Below are positions 42,559-57,600 of a DNA stretch of 64,000 bases, piece after piece. This DNA comes from Tubulanus polymorphus. Taxonomy: Eukaryota; Animalia; Nemertea. The first letter of the stretch is position 1, and every line of letters starts with the position of its first letter. The notes beneath the pieces are model-generated. The model searched no databases, was not told where the DNA came from, and saw only the letters and a list, made by a program, of their open reading frames with translations. Both the position numbers and the translations under genes were made by a program. Location of the stretch: positions 11,679,950 through 11,743,949 of the forward strand of contig NC_134026.1 of the NCBI RefSeq assembly GCF_964204645.1, given 5' to 3'.

Positions 42559-45500
42559 CACTGCCTTCCAAAAATGGCTTATTCTGCCAATTTCTGCCGT
42601 TTTCCGCCAATAACGGCAGAATACCGTTTATGGATCACTCAATTTTGAAACTTTCACAGTCGTTTATGGCTTTATCAGCCAGTTTCAGCTCACTAAGTTT
42701 CGAGTTTTGCTTTAAAGTCTTTAGTGCACTTCCGGTTCAACTTGTGCATGTCGCCGATGACATCATCAGGGATGAAAATCTTACGCGGAAACACGGAAAT
42801 CCGCGGTTGGATATCTATTTTTATCATTCGTGTGATTCATGTAGATCCGTTGAGAAAATACGGGGGGGGGGGGGGTACCTGGTAGTGGTTATAGTTTTGA
42901 GGAAAAGTTCTGAGTTGAGATCATAGCACACTTAATGCACAGACCGTAAAAGGGTCTTATAAAACCGGTGCTACGATCTCTTAAACTCTCGTATACAACA
43001 TCGTTGCGAAACATCGGTATTGTCTAAAGCCACATGTCAGTGCGAGTTTCAACAAATCAATAATTGTATATAATAGCGCTGGCGCTGCGCAGGAGATTTA
43101 TATTTAGAATTTGCGGTCGCGCGTTCATTCAACAAGGAATATATATATATATACGTAAACAATGATAAAATTAGTCATTGTTTCAATCCACGCACTTTGT
43201 GTTGGTCCTGAGCGATGGATAGGAAAATCATAGATAGGGGCTCCGCTTTGGACCCCTCAACCATTGACTCAGGGATTCGAACCTAACTGGTCTCACTATA
43301 TGTATCTAAGATTTGGATATTGTCGGAGCCATCCTTTTCATTGACTCCAGACATAAACAACAAACGATTCACGGCGCGCGGTAGCAGTCTTATTTTGTCA
43401 TTAGTCAATGCTGGATAATGGACCTCAGATGCGCCAAGAACCCCTTGAAATTTCAAAATTTTCTTGGGGGAGGACCCCCAAACCCCCCTTAAGGGGCTTG
43501 GCACCTTCGGTGCTCGCAACTGCTGGCTAAGCCAGCTGTTTTCTCGTAGTTTTACTTACTTCCGCGTTTTTCAAACTACTCCGTTTTCATCCCTGCATCA
43601 TAATCTCGAGTAGACGATAAGCTTTCATATGACGCTAGGATGGAAATTTTTGGGCGCTTTTGCATTTTCGTACCCCCCGCCCAAAAATTCTTTTTTCTGC
43701 ATATTTATTATCAGGGAGGTCTAGGGATTCAAAATCAGTAACTTTTGACCAAAAAACTTACTTTTTGGTTTACCTTTGTCAGCGATATGAGGTTGGCATT
43801 GAGCCAATTCATGTAAAATTGCGGTACATTTTTTTTTTATGTGAGCATTTGTTTCATTGGTTCTCGGCTTAAACGTATAATCGATGCGATTGAAGACATG
43901 GCGAACCTCCGTCGATGTATATGGTCAACTGAGTTAAAATTCTACGAAAAACTGTTTTTGGCGGGAAAATTCTTAGCTCTCGCGTATAAAATTGCAATGA
44001 CCTCGATTGGGGGGTGTCGTCTCTACGAGCGAATGGGATTGGCTGTTTTTGGGATATACGGGGCTACTAAAATAATTATGGGAAAGCCATAGAATGGCGT
44101 ACGTTTCATTGGACTTGGTGCCGTATACGTGCGAATTTTAAATGCTCATTGCTGGTGAGGATGTAATTGTTTCACACATCCGCCATAGGTATTGTTTCAT
44201 TTTAATACCCGGAGATTGTTTTGATTGACATTGAAGTGTAAGCGAACATTCACTTACACAAGACCTCCACCTGTGCTCGCTGAGTTTCTGGGATTCATTG
44301 AAATAAATTTTATTTTTGATAAAAACGGCCGACCGACCCACTGCCTACGTATGAGCTACATATTATATATGTTTGAATTCAAGTGTGCATCGCGTGAAAA
44401 CATGCCTTGTCAATGTGGCCTAATTTAAGTTTTCCAGGAAACTGGCAGAGTTCCAATAAGCTGCCATTCATTCTCATAGTGACTATATCAAAGCTGGCAA
44501 CGTAAAACCGCGCACATATTCAATGTACTGTTTCATTTTTAACACAGAGATGACGCTCTAGACGAAGTTATAATTTTAGAATAATTCTCGAAATCTACGC
44601 TATTAGACAAATTTCCCGTGCACAACGTAGATGATTTTTGCGATATTGATTCCATGTAAAAAGGTGATAAATTTGTTTTTTTTTGCCCAAAAATTTAGCA
44701 AAAAGAATTTTTTCTTACCTACCGACTCATCCTGAAAAGTTGAGTCGGTGTTACGGCAAACAGACAATTATTTTGGGATGGCCTTAGGCCTATTTGAATA
44801 TTTTTTTCATATTGTGAAACATATTTTTTTTGAAAATATAAAATAATTTCCCTGCCACACCTACCTGTACCCTACAAACTTTTGGATGTGGACCGTAACC
44901 AAATGTATATCTTTGGTCTTATTTGACTACAAAATAATTCTTTAAGAAAGATGAAATACAATATACACTTGTGGAACTTTGAAGTCACGAATTAAAAAGA
45001 TTTTTCAAGCAATGCCCTTACTCCAAACAACCTCTAGCTTTCAAGGTAAACCACACTTTGTCCATGGGCAATTTATTTTATTCTATATTAAAATTTTGAT
45101 ATTTTGGGCCCTAAATTGCGTGTAAATTCGCCGACTTGCGACGTCAATGACACCATATTGGATGTCAATCAAAGTTTCTAACCCTCTACTGAAATGTCAT
45201 GACATTAAAAGTTTGAAAAAACCATGTTTTCAAACATAACCATTTCTGAAAACTACGCGTATGTTTGCATTATTTTCACACGTAGCTATTGATTAAAAGA
45301 CGTGTTCTGAAGAAGGAAAGTTATATGCCCAAAAACGAAATTTTGTCAGTTCAATTAAATTTATTGAGACATTTATTCAAATTTTTTTAGGTGGAAATTA
45401 GTGCGGAAACATGGCCGACCCGTCGAGGAAATCGGCCCCAAATTATCAGAATTTTGACTTGGAAAAAATTTTTTTTGGTCAAACTACAACCTCCCTGATT

Positions 45501-46746
45501 AATAATATACAGAAATGAAAATCTTTTGGAGGGGGTACGAAAGTGCAATAACGCCAATTTTTGAGCTAGGTAAAGTGGTCAAGTTTACATCTTCTAAATG
45601 ATAACGTCATTTGAAGCCCAAAACCTCCGGGAAAACTCTCAAAACTTCTTCAGCATGAAACAAGTTTATTAATCATGATTTTGTTAAAAATTAATGTGGG
45701 AGCTAGTTTTAAAAACTACTATAAAGTTTTCAAGTAAACGTTGCCATGGGTACACATAAAAAATTCCCCATTTCTGGCGTAGTTAGTTTCATAACCATAA
45801 ACTATTAAGCCATTATTGGCAGTACACTTGTTATATAGGCCTATGAGGATTCCCCCACCCACTTAAACGTTTTCCCTAGTGTCGACACGGTACTTTTTAG
45901 GAATAGAAAAATTAATTTGCTGAGGTGAACGGATGTGTAAATATTATATGTTAAAAATAGAAATAAAATTATTATTATTATTTTCATTCTCATAAGACAA
46001 ATCAATCATGGACGTATAAACTAGTGTATCTAAAATCTAGTTTATAAGTGTTGCCCATGGTCTTAACTTGTCTAATAAAGCATAGAAGGGTTGAGGGATA
46101 TATTAGCAGACTGTGACTGCATATGATGTTGGTTAATTGAAGGTAATTTACATCTTCAATGCCTCCCAGCTAATTGGACTTGTGATGGATAGTGATTGAA
46201 TGAATTGGTGGTCCCTGACGTTACAACACTCAAAATAGATACAGCCGTATTCAGACTCATTTCAAAATACAAAAAACATTTTCGAAACAATTTGGGACAC
46301 ATGTATGTATATATTTATTACATAGAATAGGGCCTACAGGTATACAGAAAGCACCGAATTTAAGTACTGTTGCCATCGGAAATTCTGTATATTTAGGCCT
46401 ATATTTAATTCTTTCTTGAAGCCTGGAATGGATCAATGAGATTAATTTTTCGGCCAAATATACAAATGTATGCCAGCAGAAAAGCGATGATGTCATAATA
46501 GGGACTCCCATTGAAATAAGCACTATAAAAAGCACCTGTAAAACTATCTATGCTAAAAACGCCTTTTCTAGCGATGTAGTTTTAAACTGTAACAGCTGAA
46601 AACGGGGGAAATGGCATTTTTTAAGAACAAACCAAAAATGGCTAAATTGGCAGAAGCAGTTTAAAACTGAGTGATACATAAACGGCTGATTCTGCCGTTA
46701 TTGGCGGAAAACACCAAATTGGCAGAATAAGCCGTTTTTGGAAAGT
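42559..46746. mobile_element. Degenerate non-autonomous TIR element(s)
   Basis: About 90-bp inverted repeats at about 42559-42655 and 46655-46746; inner inverted pair about 43650-43725 and 45480-45560, with a further copy near 34850-34915. Confidence 0.5.
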
Positions 46747-46806
46747 GTTCCCAACTGCTAAGTCTAACCAGGACTAACGTTAGTACCAACCACAGGGGCT
46801 CGTATC

Positions 46807-47900
46807 TATGGAAGCCCTGAAACGACATTACGTTTTACGAATTACGTCCTTAAACAACATTACGAATTCGTAAAATTTATGAATTACAAGTTACGAATTA
46901 CGTCTTACGAGTTACGTTTTACGACTTACGTTTTGGGCCCTTACGTATGGAAGTCCTTAAACGACATTACGAATTACGTTTTACGATTTACGTTTTACAA
47001 ATTCAAGTTACGTTAACGATTTACCATATGAGCTCCCTGCATTTCGTATGTCGTGTGAGGTCAAGGTCTTATACAATTACGTTTTACAAATAACGTTTTA
47101 CGAATTAAACGTTTTACGAATTACGTTTTACGAATGTTTTCCATTGACATATTGGCTATTGCTTCAACAGTTTTTCGGAAAAACACGGGCTTTGCAATGA
47201 AGTCGAATCATGACGAAGAATGAATCTGACTGAATTTATTTTGCATTTCGAAATATATATATATATATATGTATATATCAGTAGTAAAATTGAGGGAGTT
47301 TCGTATGCATTTTCTATTACAATATAGAGTAATAATGAGACCAAGGAAGTCAAAAAGTGACTTATGATAATTTCAAGTGATTAAAAGTATGGAGATTCCT
47401 GCATATGCCCGGATTCATTAATTAATAAATTACAAACCCTGACACTGTCCTGTTTGGCAAGCGCACGATGATTAAGACAATACAAAACTGGAAATTATTC
47501 GGGGTTCATGGAGATAAAAAGGAATTTGACTCCATATCGGTGCGGATACAATTGTGCAATTGTTACAAATGATCAGAACAAGTCTTAGCTTTTAATAATG
47601 AAAATATATATATTTATATTTGAAAGCAAAGCGTTTGGACTGCAAAGTCATCCATCATCGTTAATAGTTGAAGCATTCGGCAAATAATTACAACCGATCA
47701 CATTACAGTGCTGCCTTCTGCCTGTAAGCTACGCAAAGTTATTAATGACACGGAGAGTGCACCACAACCTTGACCTCTTGTGATAAATTGAACCGAAATG
47801 TAGTGGTAAATGGTTGCCCAAAACGTAACTCGTAAGACGTAATTCGTAAAACGTAGTTCGTAAAATGTAATTCGTAATGTCGTTTAAGGGCTTCCATACG
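46807..47900. mobile_element. MITE with TTACG-rich subterminal repeats
   Basis: TATGGAAG(C/T)CCT(G/T)AAACGACATTACG at about 46808 and 46947, inverted copy ending near 47898. Confidence 0.7.
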
Positions 47901-50842
47901 TATCAGAGTTATAGGTAATGTAAAAACAATAATCTGTTAATCCAATGTCTATAGTATAGACATATATAAAATAGGGGGCTAACGATGCTCACAAACTACT
48001 CAAATTCAGTCACTTACTATTTCATTATTTCTCATCCAATTTCGATAATCCAGGCATGATATGAAAGCTAATAGCTTCCTGCTTATAATGAAACTAATCC
48101 CGTTAACTTCCAATGAATATTTCGTGAATTATTTGTCTTTGAACGCAAAATAAGGCCCGAAATCGCCAGGACAGAAAATGCTATGATGCTGGTTTTTGCA
48201 GATTTCAAACATTAAAACGAGTTTGATGGGAAATCCTTCACCAATTTTGATGATGGAGGGCTTCAAATGCGCAAAAAATTTGAAGAACTTGGGAGCTTTT
48301 GTCCTGATTGGTCTGTAAATGATAATTAAAAACCTCCAATGAAACCCAATTTCTCACCAAGTTTGTACCGGGTCACTCCAGCAGGTATTCACGTGAACCT
48401 GCGGTATCGTCTACCATTTTACTTCCGGGTTTTATTTTAAGATCTAAAATTGTATTTCAATATCGATTTCTGTGAAAGTGAAATCTTTAGTTGATTTGGT
48501 TTTTGGGAGGAATATCTTTATTTGCACTACAGAAAATATCAGTGCTAAGTCCAGGAAAGCTTTTTCTCAAATCGGATGGATGACCTTGATATGCTAATTA
48601 GCCATGTGCTCAAACTGCAAATTCAATCAAATTTTATTCTGCAAAAAATATCAAATCTAATTCAATTTTACTTTATTGAACAAGGTTAAACAGCAAATGC
48701 ATTTAAATTTTGCTTTATTGACCAAATTTCAGAAAATTCAATTCTATTCCACATTTATATCAATTAGACCAAGGGAAAAGATTAGTCTGAGGTATTTGTT
48801 CCTGCCAGCTCCAGTCGCTGTCTGTGCTACTTATGAAAACACGATTGAATTGTGTAAATTATTAGCCTGGGATTGACTAGTCTATGAGCTGGGCCGTGTA
48901 TTTGGACAAATTTAACCCACAGAATGCATCATTTGCCATTTTGTTAAAAGCTGACAGGCTGGCCGCAAAGTGCCCCTTGGGGCTCTTGTTGATTTCTCAA
49001 TTTTCTTCAATTTCGTCGTTTCGTTAGTTTGTGTTGTTGTCCTGGCCTCAGTCCACAGGTGCCAGCACGTTCCACAAGTTTTCAAAATGGCCCCCGTTGA
49101 GTCGACGGAAATTTACTCTTATTTTACGGCCGATTTGCACATGGATTAAGATCGTCAGGTGAGGCGTTATATGTATCAAACAAACAATGAATCTGTTGTG
49201 TGTTGATTACAACAAAAATTAGACGGATATCTCAACAGACTACGGAATGACAGGCAAATTACTTTTCAGTCAAATTGGCTGACGAAAATTGACTTGAAAA
49301 ATGACCTTCCCATTCCTGACTGGTTTGTGAAAATATCTGATCTTGAAACTGAACCACAGACAGGTTACTGACTAATGTGTAGTCTGAATACCAGTCATTA
49401 CGGGTTTCCCTAACGTATGTCGCTTAACTGATAAACAGAGGTTAACTCATTGCAGATTTCACAGTACTAGGTACCAATATCTACTTGCAAACTTTTGACT
49501 GAGTGCTCGTATATGAACAAAACAAAAAGGAGCGAACAAAAAGTCAACAAAACGTCTTACGTTCGATAAAAAAACTGTGCCCGGCGCTCTTTTGTAACCA
49601 TTGATTTGAACCGCCAGTGTTCTAGATTCTTATTCACTGCGCTTGGTGTGCAACATGTGATACTCTGGCAGTCAGTGATAATGTGATACTCCTGGAAGAG
49701 TAGTCTGAATACCAGTCGTTATTATGGGTTCCCTACAACGTCTGACCCTAAACTGTCATATAGAGGTTAACTCCTGTTCATTGCAATGCAACAACTGATT
49801 TTAATGTCAAATCAAACCTTGTACTCAAATGAATTAAGTAGTTAACTTATTTACTTTGAAAACATGCTTTATGTTAGGCCTAATATATTTGATGATTTAA
49901 AGTAGGAACCGGGGAGTTTATTGATTTGATTTGAATTGAATTTATTGCCACAATCAGGATTTTCAATACGGACTCAATTGATTGAGTGTGAAAATGTAAT
50001 ATGTCTCCCTTAAATAATCCTAAATGTTATCTTTTGTTGATAAAACTCATTAATTTTGGTTAGTTATACCTTAAGAATTTGAAACAGGAATAATATCTGC
50101 TTTGGAATCGATGTCAGTCCAAGTTCAAGTCCGAATCCATAATTTACATTCCCATCGTGCAACACGAAAAGCCGCCATATTTGTTATGTTGCTTCACTTC
50201 AACTATTTTACGAGGCGACTAGTCAAAAGTTTTACGACTTATCAAAAGCTAATAAGGATTATCAATTTATGCTAAAAACAATATTTAACTTCCATCTGAT
50301 TACAGAACAGTCAATTTGAGGTAAGTTACGGCTGTATTTCCGTCAAGTACTGTATCCTATCCTATGGTTTTTGTCAATAATTTCTGAGTTTGGATTGATT
50401 GCCAATGGTTTTTCTATACGACCTGGCCCTGCGGTATTGCATTTACCCACCGGCAAAATCCGCCATCTTTTTTCTTGGCGTTCTTGCTTATGAAAGCGTT
50501 TGATTTATAAGGGGTGTAATAGATGCTCAAAGCCTCGTCCCTCAAAATGGGGGATGAAAATTAATCTTGAGCACTTGGGAACGACAGCTAGGTACTAGAC
50601 TACTCAGAAGGGTTACGTTGTTACGAAGTTCCCTACCCTGTCACTTTCATCCCAATTGGTACTCGGCATATTCACTTTTGCATGCACTTATGTTTTAGAT
50701 ACACCTTGTTTAAAGAAGTGTACATATGGTGGATACCTCAAAATGGATAAAGACTTATTATGTGAAAGTTTAATAAAATGGGTAAGTGTGCAATGAAATC
50801 AATGTTGATATTGAGAATATGCCAAAATTGACATAGGCCTAC

Positions 50843-51392
50843 CACAGGCACTTGAATATGGGCTTTGGCCTTGTCGCTGTGTTTAAAATGATGAAGTTTA
50901 CCGTGATCTACGATAAAAAATACACCGGGGTTGCCGTCCTAATTATCCATGATGCAACTGTTTTACCCATGATCCAATGCGCGCTCCTCGCCGATACAGA
51001 AAGGCAGGAAATCAGTAATGCTTAAATCTAACCGCAAGTATCGGGACAGCAGACGTCACAGCAATCCCGAAGAAGCATTTGGTTATTTCCATTAGAGCAC
51101 TCATGCCCCATCATCTGGTGGTCGCACTTCCGGTGAATTTTCAAAATCAATTTTGTTGCTGGTTAAAATATTTAATGGAGCTAAATCAGTGTCAATGTTT
51201 CCAAAAAATCATCTACAATTGAAATCATGGGCCCTCCTCATATTTCAGGATAAAATTGACATTTCGGGACGAACTTCATCGTGGGTAAATTCATTATAAA
51301 ACATGGTGGATTATCGAAGTAGGAATAACATAATCGCTGGTGAATTATTACATGTTTATCCAATTATCAAAGCCCATATTCATGTACCTGTG
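50843..51392. mobile_element. MITE, P-superfamily-like (550 bp)
   Basis: TIR CACAGG(C/T)AC(T/A)TGAATATGGGCTTT; flanks GGCCTAC and GGCCTAT. Confidence 0.65.
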
Positions 51393-51909
51393 GGCCTATT
51401 AACTTGTCAGTAGCTTCAATTTTAATTGTATAAGCGTAAGCCCTTGAGGAGCTAATAGTATTGTGTCATAATATTCCTCATGAACATACATGACATGTTT
51501 GTGTTAACCAAATCTCACAGATTTTACAATCAATTGAGTTAGATCTGATCAACGAGGTTGGATACGCTGCAATTAAAAGTTCTCATTGTAGAGAATTTGA
51601 ATTGACTGACTGGTCACACAATGCAAATGATAAAGGAAAACAGAATCTTGATTAACTAAATATACTAACTAAATTATAAATATATACAAAACCGAAAATG
51701 ATATAATACATGGTACCTAACATGGAATTAGCCTTAATTACTGAAGGAAAGTCCTGTAAATTATACTTTACCCAGGTTAATTGAGGCCCAGGTCCGGTAT
51801 GATCAAGAGTGCCTGGACCGTGAATGCGCGGCACTATCCTAACCAGACAACCTTTAAATTCAACTCCTGATTGCTCCAAGAAGATCCAATTTGGGACTGC
51901 TACCATTTT

Positions 51910-53520
51910 GTTAGCCCACTTGGGACTTTGGTCCCAGCGGGCTATTGCGTTCACTTTTCGTCCGTGGTCCGGAATCCAATTATTTTTGAAGTTTTGAAGA
52001 CGCTTCAAGGTAACGTCTTGATATTTGGGTTAAACATGTATCTACCCTAGACACATCTTCAGCCCCAAAACTGGCCCTGTCAGAATCAAGATGGCCGACT
52101 GGCAGCCATTGTTGTTCGCCAAAATCAGCACTTTTTACACATTTTTAAACTTTTTGTCGGAAATTTTGAAGACGCTTTGATCAATTACCTTGATCTTTCG
52201 GATATATGCGAATCCCCCCAGGGCCCATCAGCATAACAAAATTGGGTTGATCGGACTCAAGATGGCCGTCCTATGACCTTTTTAGTGGCCAAAAATGTTA
52301 ATTTTGGCCCGAATTCTGAGTCCTGTAGCTTCATACTGGTTTGCCATTTCTCACTGCAATTTGTGATGGGTATTCTTTGGAAAGGGATGTTTTAATTGGC
52401 GGCCATCTTGGTGTCACCAGTACTCATTCGTAAGTGGGAAAAAGTTTTTCCGCATTATATTGATACCTAAGCATATTTTGCTACCACAATCAATTAGAAA
52501 GTTGTAGCTCATAACGTGTTCTATGATTGTGGTGAGTTTCAAGGTAATTTTGATTTGATTTTGATTTTGTATATGGCCACCAGGGGGCGTTGAATAATAC
52601 AATATCTTAGCATTTCTTTATTATATTTGTACCTATGCATATTTTGTAACCACAATCAATTGGAAAGTTGTAGCTCATGACATCATCTATGATTGTTGCG
52701 AATTTTAAGGACATTAGTTATTTTATATGGTCACCAGGGGGCATTGAATAGTATAATAACTTAGCATTTCCTTATTATATTGGTACCTAGGCATATTTTG
52801 TTACCATGATGATTGCAAAGTTGTAGTTCATGACATGTTCTATGATTGTGGTGAGTTTCGAGGTCATTGGGTTTTGAATATGGTCACCAGGAGGCGTTGA
52901 ATAGTAGAATAACTTAGTATTTCCATATTCAATTGGTAACGAGGCATATTTTGTTATCACAATCAATTACAAAATCGTAGCTGCTGACATGTTCTATGAT
53001 TGTGGTGAGTTTCAAGGTCATTGGTTTTTGTATATGGTCACCAGGGGCGTTGAATATTGAAATTGTTAGATTGTTGAGCATTTGGAACCACTTCCCAAGT
53101 GGGCATGGTGTCCCTGGACCCCTAGTTTCAGTAACATTTTCCATTTTAAGGCAGAAAGCACCTGTCCCGTCTCTTGATAATGTTTTTTAGCCCACTTGGG
53201 ACTTTAATCCCAGCATGCTATTGCAGAAGTTAATAAGACGCTGTATTGTAATTCTTGATATTTTGGTTACACATGTATCTACCCTAGACACATCTTCAGC
53301 CCAAAAACTGGCCCAGTCAGAATCAATGAACGTTGAACTTTTTGACGGAAATTTTGAAGACGCTTTGATCAATTACCTTGATCTTGTGTATATATTTGAT
53401 TCCCAAGGGCCCATCAGCAGGAGAAAAATTGGGTTGATCGGACTCAAGGTGGCCGTCCTATGACCTTTTTTGTGCCCAACAAAGTCACTTTTGACACAAA
53501 TTCTGAGTCCTGTAGCGTCC
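51910..53520. repeat. Complex repeat family with internal tandem subunits (GGTCACCAGGGGGCGTTGAATA); related sequence at about 54605-54678 and 60270-60810
   Basis: Four diverged subunits at about 52470-53060; blocks about 51910-52330 and 53188-53520 are similar. Confidence 0.7.
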
Positions 53521-54678
53521 TATGATATCAAATTACCGATGCTTGATCGGAAACTACTGACAGAGAAATATTCATTAAAACTGCTGATATGAGCTTATTT
53601 TTACCGGTTTCTTCACGCAGAAATGCAGAAACGCAGAAATTGGTGTGTTAATTCTACGGACAATTTTTAGGTTTCATTAGAGCCGCATGAAGTCGAAACC
53701 TGTCTGTGGTTTGGTTTCACGATCGGATATTTTTACAAACCACATGTTGGTATAAGCCCATCCGATTATAAAAAGCTTACCACTAAGCGATTGGGTAACT
53801 ATTAACTAAGCTGCATGCAAACATATTTTTACTACAGCTGTATACAAACGAATTTGACCTTCCAACTCACTCACTCTGCTTGCTTGTTACGATTTGGTTG
53901 CTGAGAAAATAAACATTTTTTTCTCATCAGTGGGCTATTTATTACTACGAGTTTTGTTCATTGTTTATCTGTTAATCTGTAGATGGAGATGCTCGCAAAT
54001 TGATTTAAGTGTCTAATTGAGAGAAAAAATCTTTCAAATTTTCAACAAATCTTTTAAACCGCAGCAATGTATCTTCGATATGATAAGTTTCCTTTTTCAT
54101 CGGTAAATGATTTCCTGAGATGCTGAGTAATATATTTGCAGGTTATGCATAAAACTCTTGGACCCCTTCCAAATCTCATGATATGATTGGATTTTTTTGT
54201 GAGTAAGATAATAGGCCTATCTACATTTTTTCGAAACTGTTGTCGGCACGGTTTTGTGCTTCAGCATTGGGTTTTGAATGAATTCTTAAGAAGCAGAATA
54301 TTTAATCTTAGTATTTTTATTCAATTGTAAATCATTCATCGTGGCTCAGAACGATTGTGAATTTGGCTATGTTGTCTGTATAATTTCAACAACACAGTAT
54401 AACGGGAATGATTACTGAAATTGAGCTGGATAAAGTAAAATTCAATTTAGCTTTATTGTCCGTAAAATAAACACACCAATTTCTGCATTTGAAGAAACCG
54501 TATTTTTACTGAGATAAACATGCAATACTACTGATGTTGAAATTTTGGGGTTAGCAGGTCTGTATACCCAAGACAGGTATTATTTAGCCAATTATGACGC
54601 AATAAGTGGCCATCTTGGTGTCTTCAGTGCTCATTCGTAGGTGGAAAAAAGTTTTTCCATATTAGGCCTGTTAATACC

Positions 54679-57600
54679 TGTTACGACCAATTGAGAATCC
54701 TCTGGAAATCTTGTTGCGAATTCCTTGAAGTCAAGTATTAAAGACCAACGACTTCCACATTTCAGATAACAGCAATTTATTTTACGTAGTACTGGTCTGG
54801 CCGTAACTCTCGAACTGCCTGCATGTTCACAAAACCAGATATTTATATTGAAGACCGTGACTGTGAACAGACAGTACAGTTCAGTGGTTCTTAGCACACA
54901 TTATATATAGAAGTTATACAGACAGTTTAACAGAGAAATATGAATATACAAGATAGAATACCATGGAGATTATATACATTTCACATACATGGACATAACA
55001 GACGCCCCCCCCTTAAAAGGGTCAGTCAAATTTATTATAGCACTTTAATAAACTATAGAATGAACTGCAAAATGTTCAGCCGTTACTCATTAAGACTTAT
55101 TATAATTCAAAATTCCTTCTTCAAAATTCAATCATCACAGTAATAGACCTAAGTACAACTAGATTCTGGAAAGAGCGTCGGCTATCACATTATTCTTGCC
55201 ACGAATATGATAAATCTCAAGATTGTATTCCTGTAACATAAGACTCCATTTCATCAATCTTTTATTACGGTTACACATTGACTTCAGAAATGTTAACGGG
55301 TTGTGGTCCGTAAACACGAGTAGTGGAAACTTTCTCATGGATGTATACACATTAAAATGTTCAAGAGCGAGTATAAGTGACAAACATTCTTTCTCGATTG
55401 TCGAGTAATTCAATTGTGCACCAGCAAACTTCTTAGAATAATAACATACCGGGTGCTCAATACCGTTTTCATCAGTTTGAACTAATACCGCACCCGCGCC
55501 AATGTCGGAAGCATCCACAACTAATTTAAATTGTTTGCCGAAATCAGGTGCTAATAAGACAGGACTACAAGTTAACAAACTCTTAACAGATTCAAAAGCA
55601 ATCTGACACTCTTTGGACCAGAACAATTTAACGTCTTTCTTCAGTAAATTCGTTAATGGTTGAACTACTGAAGAAAAGTTTCTGCAGAACTTTCTGTAAT
55701 ATCCAGCCATTCCAAGAAATCTCATGATACTTTTTTTATCTATAGGAACCGGATAATCAATAATAGTTTGAATTTTAGCTGAAATTGGTTTGACATGTCC
55801 TTGACCAACTACGTGACCCAAGTATCTAACAGTCGCTTTTCCGAATTCACTCTTAGATAGATTAATGGTGAGATTAGCAGCAGTCAGATTTTGGAACAAA
55901 CCACGTAATTGTTCGAGATGTTCATTCCAATCGGTAGAAAAGACAATAATGTCGTCCAAATAGACAATGACACACACTAACCCTTTCACAACTTTATTCA
56001 TTAACCTTTGGAAAGAAGCGGCCGAGTTTTTCATGCCGAAGGGCATAACCTTATACTGATACAACCCATCCGGAGTTACGAAAGCAGATATCTCTTTCGC
56101 ACGGTCAGTCAGTGGAACCTGCCAGTACCCTTTATTTAGATCAAATTTCGACACAAATTTTGCTTTGCCGATTTTGTCAATAAGATCGTCAATTCTAGGC
56201 ATCGGAAAACAATCTGTTTTAGTAAGTGAATTAACTTTCCTATAATCAGTGACAAAACGCCACTTACCGCCAGGTTTAGACACAAGGATACATGGTGAGC
56301 TCCACTGACTGTCGCTAGGTTCTGCTACTCCTAATTTCAGCATTTCGATCACTTCTTCCTTCATGATTTCTGCTCTTTCAGGATTTAGACGGTAATGATG
56401 TTGTTTAACAGGACGAGAATTACCAACATCAACATCATGTTTAAGGAGATCAGTTAAACCAGGCTTTTCTGTGAACAAATGTTTATACTCAATTAGTAAA
56501 TGATTTAATTGAGCCTTTTCGTCAGATTCTAAATGCTCCAAATGACAACTAATCTTTTCAAGAAAATTATCACTAGTTACAGTTTCCTTAACATTGTTAC
56601 TACCCGAACTAGAACGGTCCAAATAGTTATCAAATTCACAACAATCATCATCAATTTCATCTAAACTATTTACAGTTTGAACACTAGAATACGATTCTGA
56701 GACTAACGGTCGGTTTAAAGACATGCAAGATTCCACTTTCTCATTATACGGTTTAAGCATATTTATATGACACAATTGCAATTCTTTTCGGCGATCAGGA
56801 GTTTGTATTAGATAGTCAACATCATTTAATCGCTTTTGAACTATGTACGGACCGTGGAATTTAGCAGTCAATGAATCGGTCCGAATAGGGAAGAGTACTA
56901 AAACTTAATCACCACAGTTGAATTTTCGATTTCTAGATTTCTTATCATACCAATGTTTCATCTGAATTTGTGCTTCTGCAAGATTTTCACGAGCACATTT
57001 CCACGCGTTATGTAGTCTAGATTTGAAATCAGATACATACTTTAATAAAGGAATATCCTTTACATCCGACAACCAATGATCTTTAAGAGGTTTTAGCACT
57101 CCTCTCACTTGATGTCCAAATACTAATTCGAAGGGCGAAAAACCCAGAGACTCCTGTACCGCCTCTCTCGTCGCAAAAAGTAATAAATGCACCCCTTCAT
57201 CCCAATCCTTTCCGTTCTCATTACAATATACTCTTAACATAGACTTTAAAGTCTGGTGAAATCTCTCAAGAGCTCCTTGTGATTCGGGGTGATAAGGACT
57301 AGACTTGCTTTGCGATATACCTAACTGAAACATAACCTGTTGGAAAATGCCAGACATAAAATTGGATCCATTATCAGATTGTAACGATCGAGGAAGTCCA
57401 AACAATGTGAAAAACTTGACCAGAGCTTTACAAATTGAAGGTGTATCAATTTTTCTCAATGGAATAGCTTCAGGAAATCTAGTCGCTTTACACATGATAG
57501 TAAGTAAGTATTGATTACCCGATTTCGTTTTCGGTAAAGACCCTACACAATCACAAATTATCTCTGAAAATGGTTCACCAATGGCCGGAATTGGTATTAA

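Noticed and set aside
40000-54600. Host gene exons
   Set aside because: Only short ORFs without motifs among degenerate repeats; small exons cannot be excluded without RNA data
54631-54897. ORF MLRTTELY..., also at 59711-60025
   Set aside because: Duplicated only because it lies in the LTRs; no protein motif
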